A DNA stretch of 62,678 nt, filler included, from Chiloscyllium plagiosum (taxonomy: Eukaryota), in the NCBI RefSeq assembly GCF_004010195.1. It is 4 parts of one record of this genome, joined end to end, with 100 filler letters (N's around TTAATTAATTAA, not from the genome) between each part and the next. Parts side by side here need not be neighbours in the genome. Positions count along the whole stretch, not along the records: positions 1 to 28,653 come from NC_057713.1; 3 more parts are not named here. One strand, written 5' to 3'. Within the stretch, counting starts at the first letter, position 1. The number at the start of each line of letters is the position of its first letter. Below, piece by piece: positions 12,331 through 25,939 of the stretch. Below the pieces are notes generated by a model. It was not told the origin of the DNA. It saw only the letters and a list, made by a program, of their open reading frames with translations, and did no database searches. Made by a program: the position numbers and the translations under genes.

Positions 12331-13159
12331 TAGAATTGCAGTATGAAATTGCAAGAGCTTTAGTTTATTTGATGCAGGTCTGTGATTTATCCAATGAGAA
12401 TAGCATTTAATTATCATCTGGAAGTCAGTAATGAAAACTCATTTCAGTAACTCAGGAAACATTTGGGTAGTTCATTATTCATCGAGTCCTTTCTCCTTGC
12501 TTTTACTTTCAAGATCCCTGTCAGTTGGCATAGCTATGCTTGGTTTCTTTCCACCAAACCTATATATTCACTCAATGCTAGCTTCTTTAGTTAATATTTC
12601 ATCATGAGACCTTTAAACAAATTCTAACCTAGCTCAGTTAATCCTAAGCATATATTCCTTAAACTCATGCATTCAATGCTATGTAGCTTGTCTTCCTCTC
12701 TGACAACTTAAGCTCTGGAAACAGAAGACCCTTTCTCTTATATTAATTTTTTTTGAGGTTACAAGTAGGAGTCAACACCATATTTTTGGCTTTCTAGGCA
12801 CAAAATTGTGGAATTTTCAAATATCTTTGCCTCTCTATTATCCTGTCCCAGATGTAATATTTGCTCATAAGGCCTTATGTCAAGTTTTATCTGAATTACA
12901 AAAGCTTCAAATATTTCTATGGCCTTTGATGCAGAAACAATAACAACAAGAAAAACTTTGTAATTAAAATGTTTGGAGAATCTGTGATTGTTTTTACAAA
13001 TGTTTTAAAGAAACTTCTAAGTATTTTTGGTTTACTTCTATAAAACTAGAAGAAATAGGAACAGGAGCAGGGCCATTCAGCCCCTCAAGTCTACTCCGCC
13101 ATTCATCAGGATCATGGCCAATCTCTAAATGGGTCAACAATAATTTTGGATAGCTATTC

Positions 13160-13730
13160 ATGTGATCTGGTGTCATCTGAGAAGGAGGATTGACAAAAAG
13201 GACGTTAAAATACAAAACTGTGCCCAATGCAGAGAGAAATGGGAAGTGTATTTCTGGTATGTCCACAATAGCGGGACTTATGCAGATGAGTGTTGTAAAG
13301 GTTCCAGAAAGAAATGTGTTGTTGTGTGGGAAATTACAATGGCAGACCCTATTTATGTGGCCCCAGTGCCTGCATGGAATCAGCTAAGCCTTTTTTTGAA
13401 ACAAGAAGCCTGGGATTCAGCCCTTAGAAGATCCAAACTTGGAAGAACTTGTTAGTTGAAAATATTGGCCATACTGGTGAAATGTGGCCTGTAGAAACTC
13501 CACGAGGTAGTCTGCAGTATTTGCTATCCTTGGGTTATTTATAGTTCACATTGACTTTGATTTGCCTGTTATCTTATGTTTAATTTATGTTGATTTGATT
13601 CATCTTTAAGAAGAAGTAACAAAATGTGAAATCATTTTTTGAATATTTCTTAATTTGGGGATTGTTTGTTAAGTTTTGCTTTGCTTAGTATTGGGTTCCC
13701 CATTGGAATTATACCCAAGTTGTGACATTT
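13160..13730 (+). mobile_element. Possible old solo LTR
   Basis: TGTGA...GTGACA termini and LTR-like composition; no TSD confirmed. Confidence 0.3.
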
Positions 13731-14534
13731 TGTAGGATTGTACACCAGAGACTGAAGCAGGTGATCTGGAACACATCCAACATTTACACAACCATGATTT
13801 CAGATTTGCTTTTGTGATATTTTATTGGGAAAATAACATTTTTTATGATCCTTGTAGACTGATAAAGAAATTTGAATTTCCAGTGGTTAGCTGTTAGGTT
13901 CACAGAACAAGATTTAAAGTTTTTAAAGTATTTACAGTAATAACCAAATTCAAGGCAATTTACATTTTAAGCTGCAGAAGAGGTTCCCTTTTAACCATTA
14001 AAATGAATGGTTAAAAATCACCTACTGGAGTAACACCACTTTATCCCTTAAGTGGATGCTCTGGAAACCAGTAGAAAACTGTTCAGCTCCCAATGGTTTG
14101 CTTTTGTTTTCCTTTTCTAACCAGATAACATCTAATTCCTCAGATGGAATTTCACAACGAGGGTTACCCTGGAGATTCTGTTCTTGAGCCAAAGCTAGAC
14201 AAATCTTTTTAGCCTTGTTTTAATCCCCTCAAAATTGAGCTCTCCAATCTGAATGAACAATAGAAGCTTGTTGCTTCCAGCTTTCTAGCTCTCTATTGTA
14301 TCTCAGATTCTCACAGATTGGCATTAGGAAACCTGTAAACCTACAATGAGAGGGGATTCTAATACTATAGCGGAGATCGACTGTGAAAGTAATCCCCCGA
14401 GCCATATATCAAAGTAGAAATGCTAGTTATCTTTACTCAACTGCCAACTCCATTATATTATGAAGCTAAATTGATAGTTTAACGTATAACCTGTGTTATG
14501 TTTCATTATTCGTATGTCACTATACCTTTCAAGA

Positions 14535-15205
14535 TGATACTATATAGTAGCAGTGACCTGAGAGTGCAAACAACTCAGATACTATCTTACTTGGGTCACT
14601 TGACTATACTTGGCTACAAGAGCATGTCAGAGGTTAGGAATACTATGGTGAGTAACTCATCTTCTGACTCCCCAAATCCTGTCCACTACCTACAATGCAC
14701 AAGTTAGAAGTGAGATGGAATACTCCTCACTTGCCTGAATGTGTGCAGTTCCACAACGCTCAAGATGCTTGACACTGTCCAGGACAAAGTGGGCTACTTT
14801 CTTGGCACCACATTCAGAAGCATTCACTACCTCTACCACCGAAGCTCAGTACCAGCAGTGTGAAATATCTGCAAGATGGACAGCAGAAATTCTCCAAAGA
14901 TCCTTAGTCAGCACCTTCTAAGCATTTGACCGCTTCTATTTAGAAGTACAAGTACTGAAAGTGCATGAGAAAAGCACCACCTGCGAAGCCATTCGCCAAC
15001 TTGATTTGGAAGTATATTGTCATTCCTTTGCTGTCATTGGTCAACTCCTGGAATTCCCTCCTCAAGGTCATTGTGGGTCAACCTACAGTACGTGTAATGC
15101 AATGGTTCACGAAGGCAGCTCACCGTCACCTTCTTGAGCAATGGGAAACAATGATGTGCCACCAGCAATATCAATGTCCCAGAAATGAATAAATTTAAAA
15201 AAAAC
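14535..15205 (+). mobile_element. Crack/Daphne-like (CR1/L2 group) LINE 3' end
   Basis: TTYNAQVRSEMEYSSLA-like motif (~14685); 3' end ...GAATAAATTTAAAAAAA; same family as 44235-44712. Confidence 0.65.
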
Positions 15206-15494
15206 TTGAAGCATTACATGTTAAGAGCATGCTATCCTTTATAACTGAATAGCTTATTGTTAGCCCAGGTACAAGAGTTCCTGTGAATGTAATATTTGTA
15301 TATTTAGTGAGTGCAATAAACATCTATTGAATTACCCATGTCAGAAGCTGGAACATTATAAAGTATAACATAAGCATTGCCATGTCAGGTAATTATCTCC
15401 TGCTGGAGACAAAAATGCAAAACATAGTTGGTGGTGATAACCATCTATAAAGAAATGTCTCCAAGGTTTTGGTGGTAGGTATTTAGAAATCTAA

Positions 15495-16045
15495 TTGAAT
15501 TTGATTTACTGTTGTCACATCTAACAAGATACAATAAAAGGTGTTGTTTTTGTGTGCTATACAGGCAGGTTGTACCATACAAATTGCATCAGAGTAGCAG
15601 AACAGAGTGCAGAATACAGGGTTACAGCCACAGAAATGGTGCAGAGAGAGAGATCAGAATTAACAGTTCAGAGGTCCATTCAAAAGTTTGTAGCAGGAGA
15701 AAGAAGCTTTCCTTGAATCTGTTTGTATGTGTATTCAAACTTTTATATCTTCTGCCCAATGGAAGAGATTAAATTTGTGTGGGAGGGGTCATTGATTATG
15801 TTGGTGGCTTTCCCAATGCAGCCGGAAATATAGATGGAGACAATGAATGGAAGACTGGTTTGCGAGACGGACTGGGGTGTGTTCACAACTCTTCGTAGTT
15901 TCTTGCACTATTGGCAAGAACAGTTGCTCTACCACGCTGTGCATCCAGGTAGGATGCTTTCTATGGTGCATTTATAAAAATAAATAAGAGTTCTTGTAAA
16001 CATGCTGAATTTCCTTAGTCCCCTGAGGAAGTGGCGATGTTGTCA
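15495..16045 (-). mobile_element. Rex1/Babar-type LINE 3' end (old)
   Basis: Reverse complement of Rex1 C-terminus (LRGLRKFSM...FYKCTIESILPGC) and 3' UTR ending TGTGACAA...AAATTCAATT. Confidence 0.7.
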
Positions 16046-16397
16046 TCTGAACAGTAGTTTGCATGTCAAAGATTTAAGATAATAAGCAGCTTCAACTCCT
16101 GAGAGCACAATGTTCTAGATAAGACATTGACCAGACAGAAAACAGGACTAGATCTTTCTGATTAAAATATATTTTCTCTTCCAATAGAAGAGCTTTCTTT
16201 GTTTTTTAAAAAAAGAAACTGTCATTTCTGATTTTAATAAATACAGCAGTCAAATGCTCCTGACAGCACAGCTACAAAACTTTCAAGATTAAGAAGCTTA
16301 AAAAATCTTTTTTTTTAACATTTAAGAAGGATTTCCTGTCTCAAAAGGTCAGTTCATTTTGCCATTTTGTTCCTTCAAATTAATGCCAAATTAGAGG

Positions 16398-16592
16398 GTA
16401 GAGTCAAGAGTGTAGTGCTGGAAAAGCACCACAGATCAGGCAGCATCAGAGGAGCAGGTTAATCTATGTTTGATGAAGGGCTTATGCACGAAACGTTGAT
16501 TCTCCCGCTCCTCTGATGCTGCCTGACCTGCTGTGCTTTTCCAGCACTACACACTCAACTCTGATCTCCAGCACCTGCAGTCTTCACTTTCT
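16398..16592. mobile_element. Miniature PLE-end inverted repeat with TSD
   Basis: Inverted arms around TGATGAAGGGCTTATGCACGAAACGTT; TSD CCAAATTAGAGG at 16386-16397 and 16593-16604. Confidence 0.8.
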
Positions 16593-17129
16593 CCAAATTA
16601 GAGGTTAGCCTGCATAACATCATTACTCCTTATTTCAGGCAAATACCATCTAGCGGCTGATACCTGCAACTACATGCATGTAATTTTTGACAAGAGGGTT
16701 GTAGTTCTTAAAACAATGCTGTGCAAGTAAAAGAGCAGTAACAATAAAAATAAAGGAAAACTGAATCGGGGAAAGTTGTACTGTTAGAGAAGGCTTTGGA
16801 GGCATATTCATCTACAGCAGCAGCAACATGTGATCTATGAGGAAGTATGCCATTTTCACCACTTCTGAGTTGGTGCCAGAGGGTTGCAGGCAGAAATTTT
16901 GAATTCGTAGAAGAGAATGTGCCAGACCTATGTAGATCTTGTAAGGGAAAAGGAAATGGCATTGGATAGGCGGTGTCGGTTGTTGAAGGTTGAAGATCTT
17001 TGATCATCTTAGGGAGGGGATGTCATTAGAGGAATTAAAATAAAAGTTCTCCCTTTGGGGCTAAAGTTTCACCTGAATGACTATGAAATTCATAAAACAA
17101 GGAAAGCCCTTTTTGTAAAGGGGGAAGAC

Positions 17130-17395
17130 GGATGTAATGGTAATCTAGAATCGAAAGCTAATGTTCCAGGGACTCTGACTTGCATCCCACCGTGGCAAAT
17201 GGTGAAATTTGAATCCAATAATCCAACCACAGTTGATTATCATTAAAAGAAAAAGATAGTTAACTAATATCCTTTAAAGAAAGAAATCTATCATCCTTAT
17301 CTGGCCTGACCTACATGTGATGCCAGGCACTCAGCAGTGTGGTTGACTCTCGGCTTTCCTAGCCAGTGAAGCCCACATCCCATTAATACATTTTT
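17130..17395 (+). mobile_element. tRNA-derived SINE (MetaSINE-like), degenerate
   Basis: CCCACCGTGGCAAATGGTGAAATTTGAAT...CCTTATCTGGCCTGACCTACATGTGA...GTGGTTGACTCT...GCCCACATCCCAT; same family as 48625-48943. Confidence 0.65.
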
Positions 17396-18354
17396 AAAAA
17401 GATAAACAGTTTGTAAGATGTTGGCTCCACTTTGAAACCTTCCAGAGAAACTATAATGAGAAGAATATTTATGAGGAGAAATCAACGTCTGCTAAGAATG
17501 GTGGAAGATATGGAGACCCAGGTATTTCTCAAGTTAGTAAAAGTAGCTCAAGGGATTGAATGGTGTGTTCCTACTCTAAAATACTCTGTTCATTTGAAAA
17601 TTCAGAAGCCTGGTTTAGTTCAAGTGGATTGACATGCTACATTTTTCTCAGAAAAGGCAACATAAAGCCTGAATGTTGTGTGGTTGTACAATGTCTCAAA
17701 GAGTAAAAGTTATGACATATAAGCTCTGTTGCATTTACAATTGGAGTAAATCAGTGTGGAAAGCTATAGAACGTTTATTATTTAAGCATGATTCCAGTTT
17801 TTTAAAATTATTTGAGAAAGTAAAGTTTGCTGCATTCCTTAGAGATATAGGAGTAATGTTGTCATTAGTGGGAGGTGACAATGAAGCACTTTCCAGAAAA
17901 TTAGCTGAATAATAATTAATTTCGGGTATTGATGGAAATTATTAATCTGTTCCTTTATACAACATTAATTTAAAATGTGACATCATTACTAGTTTTGTTA
18001 CTGTGGGTGTAATTCTTTCTTTACCTGTTAAAGGTATTGATTTTCTCTTTTAAGAAATCACTTGCCTGGGTATAGAGTATTGCTGCCTCCAATGATTTTT
18101 AGGAAAGGCCTTTGCAACTGACGTTGTAAAGAAGTACCATTTAAGATAAAACTGATGATTTTCTTTAGCCTGCTTTGCAAATAAATATTTGGATTAGAAA
18201 TGTGTCCAAAGAGAGAGACATCAGAAACCTAGCCTGTTAAGTTTGAAAGGACATTGGAATATCAGGCTGGAAAGAAAATGATAATAGAGCCATCTGACTA
18301 AAATGTAGGGAAAGCTTAAGTAAAATATGACAAAGCAGCTGGAGCTAGTTTGAA

Positions 18355-19245
18355 ACAAGGGCCAAGGAGCAGAAATTAGGCGTTTCAGCCCATAGAGTCT
18401 GCTCTGCCATTCAATCATGGTTGATAAATTTCTCAACTGCTTTCTCCCCATGGTGGCACAGTGGTTAGCACTGCTGCCTCACAGTTCCAGAGACCCGGGT
18501 TCAATTTCCACCTCAGGCAACTGTCTGTGAGGGGTTTGCACATTCTCCCCGTGTTTGCGTGGGGTTCCCCCGGGTGCTCCGGTTTCCTCCCACAGTCCAA
18601 AAAAAAATGTGCAGGTTAGGTGAATTGGCCATGTTAAATTGCCCATTGTGTTAAGTAAAGGGGTAAATGTAGGGGAATGGGTCTGGGTGGGTTGCTCTTC
18701 AGAGGGTCGGTGTGGACTTGTTGGGCCGTAGGACCTGTTTCCACACTGTAAGTAATCTAATCTAATCAAAAAAAACCTTGATCCCCCTTTGACAATTAAG
18801 AACTTACCTATCTCCATCTTCAATAAAGCCAATGACCTAGTATCTACAGCCTTTTGTGGCAGTGAATTCCATAGATTCACCATCCTCTGGCTGAAGAAGT
18901 TTCTCATCTCCTTTCCAAAAGGTCTTCCCTTTACTCCTAAGGCTGTGCCCATGGGTCCTAGCCTCTCCTAACAATGGAAACCTCTTCCCAACATCCACTC
19001 TGACCAGGCCATTCAGTATTCTGTAAGTTTCAGTTAGAATCCCTTTCATCCTTCTAAACTTCATCAAGTATAGACCCAGAGACCTCAAATGGTCGACTGA
19101 TGTTAAGCTTTTCATTCTTGGGACCATTCTCATGAACCTTCTCTGAACCTGCTGCAGGTCCAGTACATCATTAAGATATGGGACCCAAAGCTACACGCAG
19201 TACTCTAAATGTGGTCTGCTCAGAGTCTTTTAAAGCCTCAAGTAC
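18355..19245 (-). mobile_element. CR1 LINE 3' end, interrupted by an HE1 SINE
   Basis: Minus ORFs LGLYLMKFRRMKGILTETYRIL and RNFFSQRMVNLWNSLP; CR1 3' UTR. Confidence 0.85.
18451..18767 (+). mobile_element. HE1-type (V-domain) tRNA-derived SINE, near full length
   Basis: A box GGCACAGTGG, B box GGTTCAATTTC, V-domain TTCTCCCCGTG...GCTCCGGTTTCCTCCCACAGTCCAAA, (AATCT)n tail. Confidence 0.9.
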
Positions 19246-19389
19246 ATCCCAGTCCACAAATTTTCTTATGATCTTTTTTCTGTTCTTTCTCCTACTGTGT
19301 TGCTTTATCCAATTCTTTCCTAACAAAAAAAAAAGTCTTGCCAAATTTGAAATACATTCAAGAACATATATCCTCCCTTACAGGTCCAC

Positions 19390-21125
19390 TTTGAGTCACA
19401 GAGATGTACAGCACGGAAACAGACCCTTCAGTCCAACTTGTCTATACCAACCGGATTTCCTAACTAAATCTAGTCCCATTTGCCAGGGTTTGGCCCATAT
19501 CTCTTTCAACCCTTCCTACATATTCCCACGCTGATGCCTTTTAAATGGTGTAATTGTACTGGCCTCCACCATCTCCTCTTGCAGCTCATTCCATGCACAC
19601 ACCACCCTCTGCATGAAAATGTTGCCCATTTATGCCTTTATGTCCCTTTTTAAATCATTCCCCTTGTAACTTAAACCTATGCCCTCTAGTTTTGGACTCC
19701 CCTATTCTGAGGAAAAGACCTTGGCTATCACCCTATCTATGCCCTTCATGATTTTATAAACTTTTATAAGGTCACCCCTCATCTTCGAGGGAAAATAGAC
19801 TTAGCCTTTTCAGCCTCTCCCAAAAGCTCAATTCTCCAACCCTGGCATCATCATTGTAAATATTTTCTGACCCCTTTCAAGTTTCTAAAGCAGTGAGACC
19901 AGAATTGAATGCAGTATTCTAAAAGTGGCCTAACCAATGTCCTGTACTGTCACATGACCTTCCAACCCATATACTGAATGGACTGACCAATGAAGACAAG
20001 TGTACCAAATGTCGAGTTCACCACCCTGTTTACCTATCTCTCCACTTTCAAGGAACTATGCACCTGCATCCCTAGGTCTTTTTGTTGACACCACTTCCCA
20101 GGGCCCAACCATAAGTGTATAAGACCTGCCCCAACTTGCCCTACCAAAATGCAGCACTTCTTATTTATCTAAATTAAACTCCATCTGCCACTCCTCAGCC
20201 CATTTGCCCATCTAATCAAGGTCCCATTGTACTCTGAAATAATCTTTTTCACTGTCCACGATACCACCAATTTTGTTGTCACCTGCAAACTTACTAACAA
20301 TATCTCCTATAATCACATGCAAATCTTTAAGGAAATGATAAAAGACAGTGGAGCCAGCACCGATCCTTGTGGCACACCTCTGGTCACAGGCTTCCAATCC
20401 AAAAAGCAACCCTCCACCACCACCCTCTTTGAGTCAATTTTGTATCCAAGTAGTTAGTTCTCCCTGTATTCCATGTGATCTAATCTTGCTAACGAGTCGA
20501 CCATGCAGAACCTTATCAAATGCCTTTCTGAAGTCCATATAGACAATGTTCATCACTCTACCTTCATCAGTCGTCTTCGTCACTTCCTTGAAAAACTCAA
20601 TCAAGGTAGTGAGACACTATTTCCCAAACACAAAGCCATGCTGACTATCCCTAATCAGCTCTTGCCTTTCCATGTAAATTTTGTTCCTCGGAATCCCCTC
20701 CAACAAATTACCCACCACTGACGTCAGGCTCAATGGCCTATAATTTCCTGGCTTTTCTTTACCACCTTTCATAAATAATAACATGACGTTAACCAATCTC
20801 CCATCTTCTGGCTCGTCACCTGTGACTATGGATGATACGAATATCTCAGCAGGGTGCCCAGCAATCACTTCCCTAGCTTACCACAAAGTTCCAGGTCAGG
20901 TCATGGGGATTTATCCACCATTATGCATTTTAAGATGTCCAGCACCTCCTCTTCTATAAAATGGACACTTTTCAAGAGGTTAGTATTTGTTTAGTATCTG
21001 TAGCTTCCATATCCTTCTCAGCAGTAAACAATTATTTAAAATACTCGTTTAGTATCTCACCCATCTCCTGTGGTTCCACATATAGGTGGCCATCTTGATT
21101 TTAAAAGGGCCCTATTCTCTTAGTC
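19390..21125 (-). mobile_element. CR1 (HER1-like) LINE 3' portion
   Basis: Minus ORFs KGGKEKPGNYRPLSLTSVVG, DSQHGFVFGK, SKFAGDNKIGG; 3' end GTCACAGAGATGTACAGCACGGAAACAGACCC. Confidence 0.85.
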
Positions 21126-21363
21126 CATTAAGGACAAAAAGGGTTTGTCCATAACATCCTTTAGTGTATTAATTTATTTGTCGGGGTGGCTGCATGCATT
21201 GTTTGGACCTTATATGCTTTGGCATTGCAAATGCACATCTGTTTAATTCAGTTTGATTTTATGGTTTTACGACTCTTTACTTGAACTTCAGTAGCGTATT
21301 CTTTAATGCATTTAAGAATGTTAAACTGGTGCTGTTTCATTCAACCTGAAAATAGATTTATCA

Positions 21364-21490
21364 GCGAGTTTTGAGACTTGTAGTTCAGGTTGAGGTTCTG
21401 GATGTAAGTTTGCTCGCTGAGCTGGAAGGTTCGTTTTCTGATGTTTCGTCACCATGCTAGGTAAGATAATCAGTGAGCAAACTTACATCC
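21364..21490 (-). mobile_element. Miniature Poseidon-type PLE end with short inverted tail and TSD
   Basis: Matches the pseudo-LTR end at 42831-42950; GGATGTAAGTTTGCTC / GAGCAAACTTACATCC inverted pair; TSD ATAGATTTATCA at 21352-21363 and 21491-21502. Confidence 0.8.
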
Positions 21491-22244
21491 ATAGATTTAT
21501 CACCAAAATGTTTTTAAAGTGCTGTCTAGTCCATCCACTTGAGTAACCTGATCTGAAATAATCTAAAATAACATTTTACAAAAAAACTATCCCAAACTAC
21601 TTAATAGTGTACATAAGTCATTTTTTGTTTCTCCATATCAAATTAATTTCCTTTTAAGCGTACGTACAATGTTGATCTACCAATTGAGCTACTTTGCCAA
21701 ATAGATGAAACAGGAATCTTGCAACCTTCACCTAAGGTGGATCTGACTCAAACAAATTGAAACTTGACAAAAAGATTGTGGAAAATATGAGTGCAAATTA
21801 CTTTCCATGTGGCGCAGTGATGTCTAAAATGTTCTGGTTCGTGTGATTCTCCTGCATTGATATAATTAGTGGAAATTCAACCCTTGGTGTTTAATGTGGC
21901 ACAACCTTCCAGTCTTGAGACAAAACAATTCCTCTGATTTGCTGTGCCACCAGCATGTATAGAATTAGTTAAAAGTAACAGTTTTTTTTAAAGGTAATCA
22001 TTTCAATAAAAACAGGAAAAGAGAAGGACAGTCACTAGCTCCTTTTGAGCTGGAATTTTAAAATTATTAAACGTGCACAGGTTCACAACAGTTAAAGATA
22101 GTTGTACTTATGACATTGCCTTTCCAAATCAAAGAGCCTCAGAGCTCTACTTCAGTAAATGTATTTTGTATTATTTAGTGAAATACTCTTCTTCTCATAA
22201 AACTGTCTGAGACTTCATGTGTGAAATGGGTCATCTATTAGAAA

Positions 22245-22480
22245 TATAAAATAGAAAATAGAATAAGAGTGGACAGTTTGGCCCTTTGACCCTGCTTTGC
22301 TTTTCAATCTGATCATGGCTAAACATCCAAGTCAATAACCTGTACCTGCTTTCTTCCCATAGCCTTTGATACCTTTAGCTCTAAGAACAATATCTTACTC
22401 CTCCTTCAAGACATTCAATGTTTTGACCTCAACCTCAATTCTTCAGTCCCACTCTGAGTGAAGCAACTTCTCTGTATCTC
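22245..22480 (-). mobile_element. CR1 3' UTR fragment
   Basis: GGCCCTTTGACCCTGCT...TTCAATCTGATCATGGCT motif shared with other CR1 3' ends in the window. Confidence 0.6.
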
Positions 22481-23122
22481 AAGAATGGTGACTAAATTCG
22501 AACTGTATTAACATGCAGAAACATTTAAACCACACTGTGGATAACAGAAATAAATTATTTATTTTACAGAATATTTACTTAGACTTTTGTAGCTACATAT
22601 CCTACTCTGCAATCTCCATTTTTATTCTCTAAACGTCAGCTCATCCAAATATCTGCTATCTGTAACCAGTCCTTATTCTTCAGCTCGCTAATGCCCCACA
22701 CTAATGGAACCTTCCAGACCTTTATAATCTTAAAATGATAATTCTTGCAGACTGCTTTCATGTCTTCACTGTCCCTGTCTTTATAGTTTTTAACCCTCTT
22801 ACCTGGCTTTTTGACTCTGTTGCTGGACTTGTAACTTCTCAATTTTAATCACAAGAGCACATGTCTTCAGTGGAAATTGTGAATGAACCATTCATTATTG
22901 TTGTCACTGTTTAAGTCACCAACACAACCTTATTTTAAGATACAACAATAGCATTTTAAGGACATTTAATGGCTGGACCTAGGTAATCATCCACCGTAAG
23001 AAATGGCTGCTGTTAGGTACCTTTTCTTGTACTTTTCAGAAGGATGTTCCTTGTTTTCAGCATATCAAAAATGCAGTGGTGCCTGTACACTATATAGTAC
23101 ATTCCCTAAGTTGATCATCACT

Positions 23123-23853
23123 ACAGCTGATGAGAAAGAAATGCAATAAACCACCAAGAAGGGCACAAAGAAAATCAAGAAGACACCAGTGAAAAGTGGA
23201 AATAAGAGGAGAATCATAGAATCCCGACATTGTGGAAAGAGGCCATTTGGTATGTAGAGTCCACACTGACCATCCGAAGAACATCCCACCCAGTTCCAGC
23301 CTGTACCTTGTCCATGAAACCTGCATTTACTATGACTAACTCACCTAGCCTGCACATCCATGGACGCTATGGACAATTTAACATGGCCAATCCATCTAGT
23401 CTGCACATCTTTCGACTGTGATAGGAAACCAGAGCACCGGAGGAAACCTGGAGCAAACAGTGTGAAGAACGTGCAAACTCCATGTAGATAGTCACCCAAG
23501 TCTGGAATCAGACCTGGGTTCCAGGTGCTGTGAGACAGCAGTGCTAACCACTGTGCTGTCCCAGGTAAGAAAGTCCAGGAAAGAAAATTACTCCATCTAC
23601 AAAGTGATGATGCAGGTTCACCCTGACACTGGCATCTTCTCCAATGTCATGAGCTTCATGACTTTGTTCATCAACAATATTTTTAAGTGCATCATGGGGG
23701 GAAGCTTCCTACCTGACCCGTTTCAACGAGTGCAGTATCATCAGCTGCCGGGAGACCCAGACTGCCATACACCTACTGCTGCCCAGGGAGCTAGCCATGC
23801 ATGACATGTCAGAGGGAACAAAGGAAATGACAGAGTACATTATCTCCAAGTGA
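23123..23853 (+). pseudogene. H2B: Histone H2B pseudogene split by an HE1-type SINE
   Basis: 23123-23212 reads TADEKEMQ*TTKKGTKKIKKTPVKSGNKRR; 23568-23853 reads [44 protein letters not shown], then after a frameshift [50 protein letters not shown]; start codon lost, internal stop present. Confidence 0.92.
23211..23562 (-). mobile_element. HE1-type SINE inserted in the H2B pseudogene
   Basis: Reverse complement of tRNA head (GCTGTGAGACAGCAGTGCTAACCACTGTGC), V-domain and ATCATAGAATC tail. Confidence 0.85.
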
Positions 23854-24087
23854 AATACTATATTATGCTGAGAAAAACACCCTCTAAATAAAAAGTTATT
23901 GAAGATGTACTATGAGCAACTTGAATTTGTATATTCTGTTACATATAATAGTGTTCCAAAGTACTTTGTGGAAGCATGCACAAAACATTTGACACCTTCT
24001 CAAGGAAATATTAGGAAGGTTCATAAGGGAGAATGTTGAGCAGCAGATAAAAGAAGAGTACATTAACAAGCATCTAAATAGCTTAAG

Positions 24088-24266
24088 GAGAAAGTGAGGA
24101 CTGCAGATGCTGGAGATCAGAGCTTAAAAATGTGTTGCTGGAAAAGCGCAGTAGGTCTGGCAGCATCAAAGGAACAGGAGAATCGACGTTATTCCCGAAA
24201 CGTTGATTCTCCTGTTCCTTTGATGCTGCCTGACCTGCTGCACTTTTCCAACAACACATTTTTAAG
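24088..24266. mobile_element. Miniature PLE-end inverted repeat with TSD
   Basis: Near-perfect ~65-bp arms around a collapsed centre; exact 16-bp TSD ATCTAAATAGCTTAAG at 24072-24087 and 24267-24282. Confidence 0.85.
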
Positions 24267-24894
24267 ATCTAAATAGCTTAAGACAAGATTGACAATGCTG
24301 AGGCAGTTAGAAAATGTATATTTTAGAAGTCATAGTTGATGAACTTGCATTGGGTTTGGAGGAAGTTACGATGACTGAGACAGGTAAGGCTGTAGAAGGA
24401 TCTGAAAATGATGATAATGTTAAAGTCATGATGTTGGATTATCACCCATTATAAACTAACAAATAGAAGGCTACTGAGAAAATGAAAATGAATTAGCCTT
24501 CTCCTGCAGATCCAATGACAGGACCTTTGAACAAACACTTGTGTGCTTTTTGAAGCCAGTTTTGTTGAGATTTGAATCCAAGGTTGGACCCATGAATAAT
24601 TAGTCTGATCTAATTAGTTATTATGACACAAGGAGAGCAGACCAGACCAAATCAGATTCGCCAACACCGTGAAATCCAAATATTTGACCCTCAAAGTTGC
24701 TCAACTGTTCCTAACTAGACTCTACAAAGAACTGATCTTGGACACCAAGTTTAAAACTGAAACCAAAATTAATAATTTATTATTAATAGCGCAGCTTTAG
24801 GAAAACAAATAAGAACTAAATAGCCATCTAATTGATATCTACAATCTTCTTTGATCACTCACTCACACTGGCAGACTGATACAGTTAAAGGATA

Positions 24895-25932
24895 ATTTTA
24901 AGCTCCACTCTGTGCAACTGGATCTTTGTTTTCCTGACCCACAGGCCATAATCAGTGAAGACTGGGGACAATATTTCATCCTTACTAACATTCAACACTG
25001 GAGTCCCCCCATGAGTGCATACTCAGCCCCCCTACTGTACTCACTATATACCCACAACTGTGTCGCCAAATGCCAGACTAATGCCATTTACAAGTTCGCT
25101 GATGACACCACCATAGTCGGTCAAATCTCAGATGGCAACGAAACAGACTACAGACAGGAGGTGGAATACCTGGAAAAATTGTGTATTGAGAGCATCTGAG
25201 CTCTCAATGCTGGCAAAACCAAGGAACTCATTATTGACTTTCGGTGGGATGTTACTCATGTCCCCTACACATTAACAGCACAGAGGTGGAACGAGTGGAG
25301 AGTGTCAAGCGCCTGGGAGTGGTAATCCACAACAAGCATTCTTGGACACTTTATGTCGACACAAAGGCCCTGGTTACAAAGGCCAAACGACATCTCTTCC
25401 TCAGGCAGCTGAGGAAATTTGGCATGACGGCGATTACCCTTGCCAATTTTTATAGCTGTGCCATCGAAAGCATTCTGTCTGCATGTATCACTATCTGGTA
25501 TGGCAACTGTACCATTCAAGATTTGGAAACGATTACAGGGAGTGGTGAACTTGGCCCAGACAATCACAAAGGCCAGCCTCCTATCTATAGAATCCATCTA
25601 CCCGCTGTCAAGGAAAGACTGCCAACATTTTGAAAGATCCATCCCACCCTGGCAATGTTTTTCTACAAACTCTACCATCTGGGAGAAGGTAGAGAAGTCT
25701 GAACACATGCACCAGCGGTTTCAAAACAGTTTCTACCCTACTGTTGTTGGAATACTGAATAGACTCTCAAACTCTTAACGTTCGCCTGTACCTGTGCTTT
25801 TGTTTTTGCTGCTGTTTACTTATTATTTACTTATCGATGCTACTTGACTCTGTGATCTGCCTGTATTGCTCTCAAGACAAAGCTTTTCACTGTGCTTCGG
25901 TACACGGGACAATAAATTCAATTCAATTAAAA
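24895..25932 (+). mobile_element. Rex1/Babar-type LINE, 5'-truncated (RT to 3' tail)
   Basis: PLLYSLYTHNCVAK...IYKFADDTTIVG, VERVESVKRLGV, FLRQLRKFGM...AIESILS; (ATTCA)n tail. Confidence 0.9.
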
Positions 25933-25939
25933 AAACCTT

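Noticed and set aside
18451..18520. tRNA-like sequences with A and B boxes
   Set aside because: They are heads of HE1 SINEs, each followed by the V-domain and tail; not tRNA genes
22680..22780. LMPHTNGTFQT, reminiscent of an Ig C1/MHC strand
   Set aside because: Stop six codons later, no upstream Cys/Trp in the expected spacing, no splice signals; probably chance
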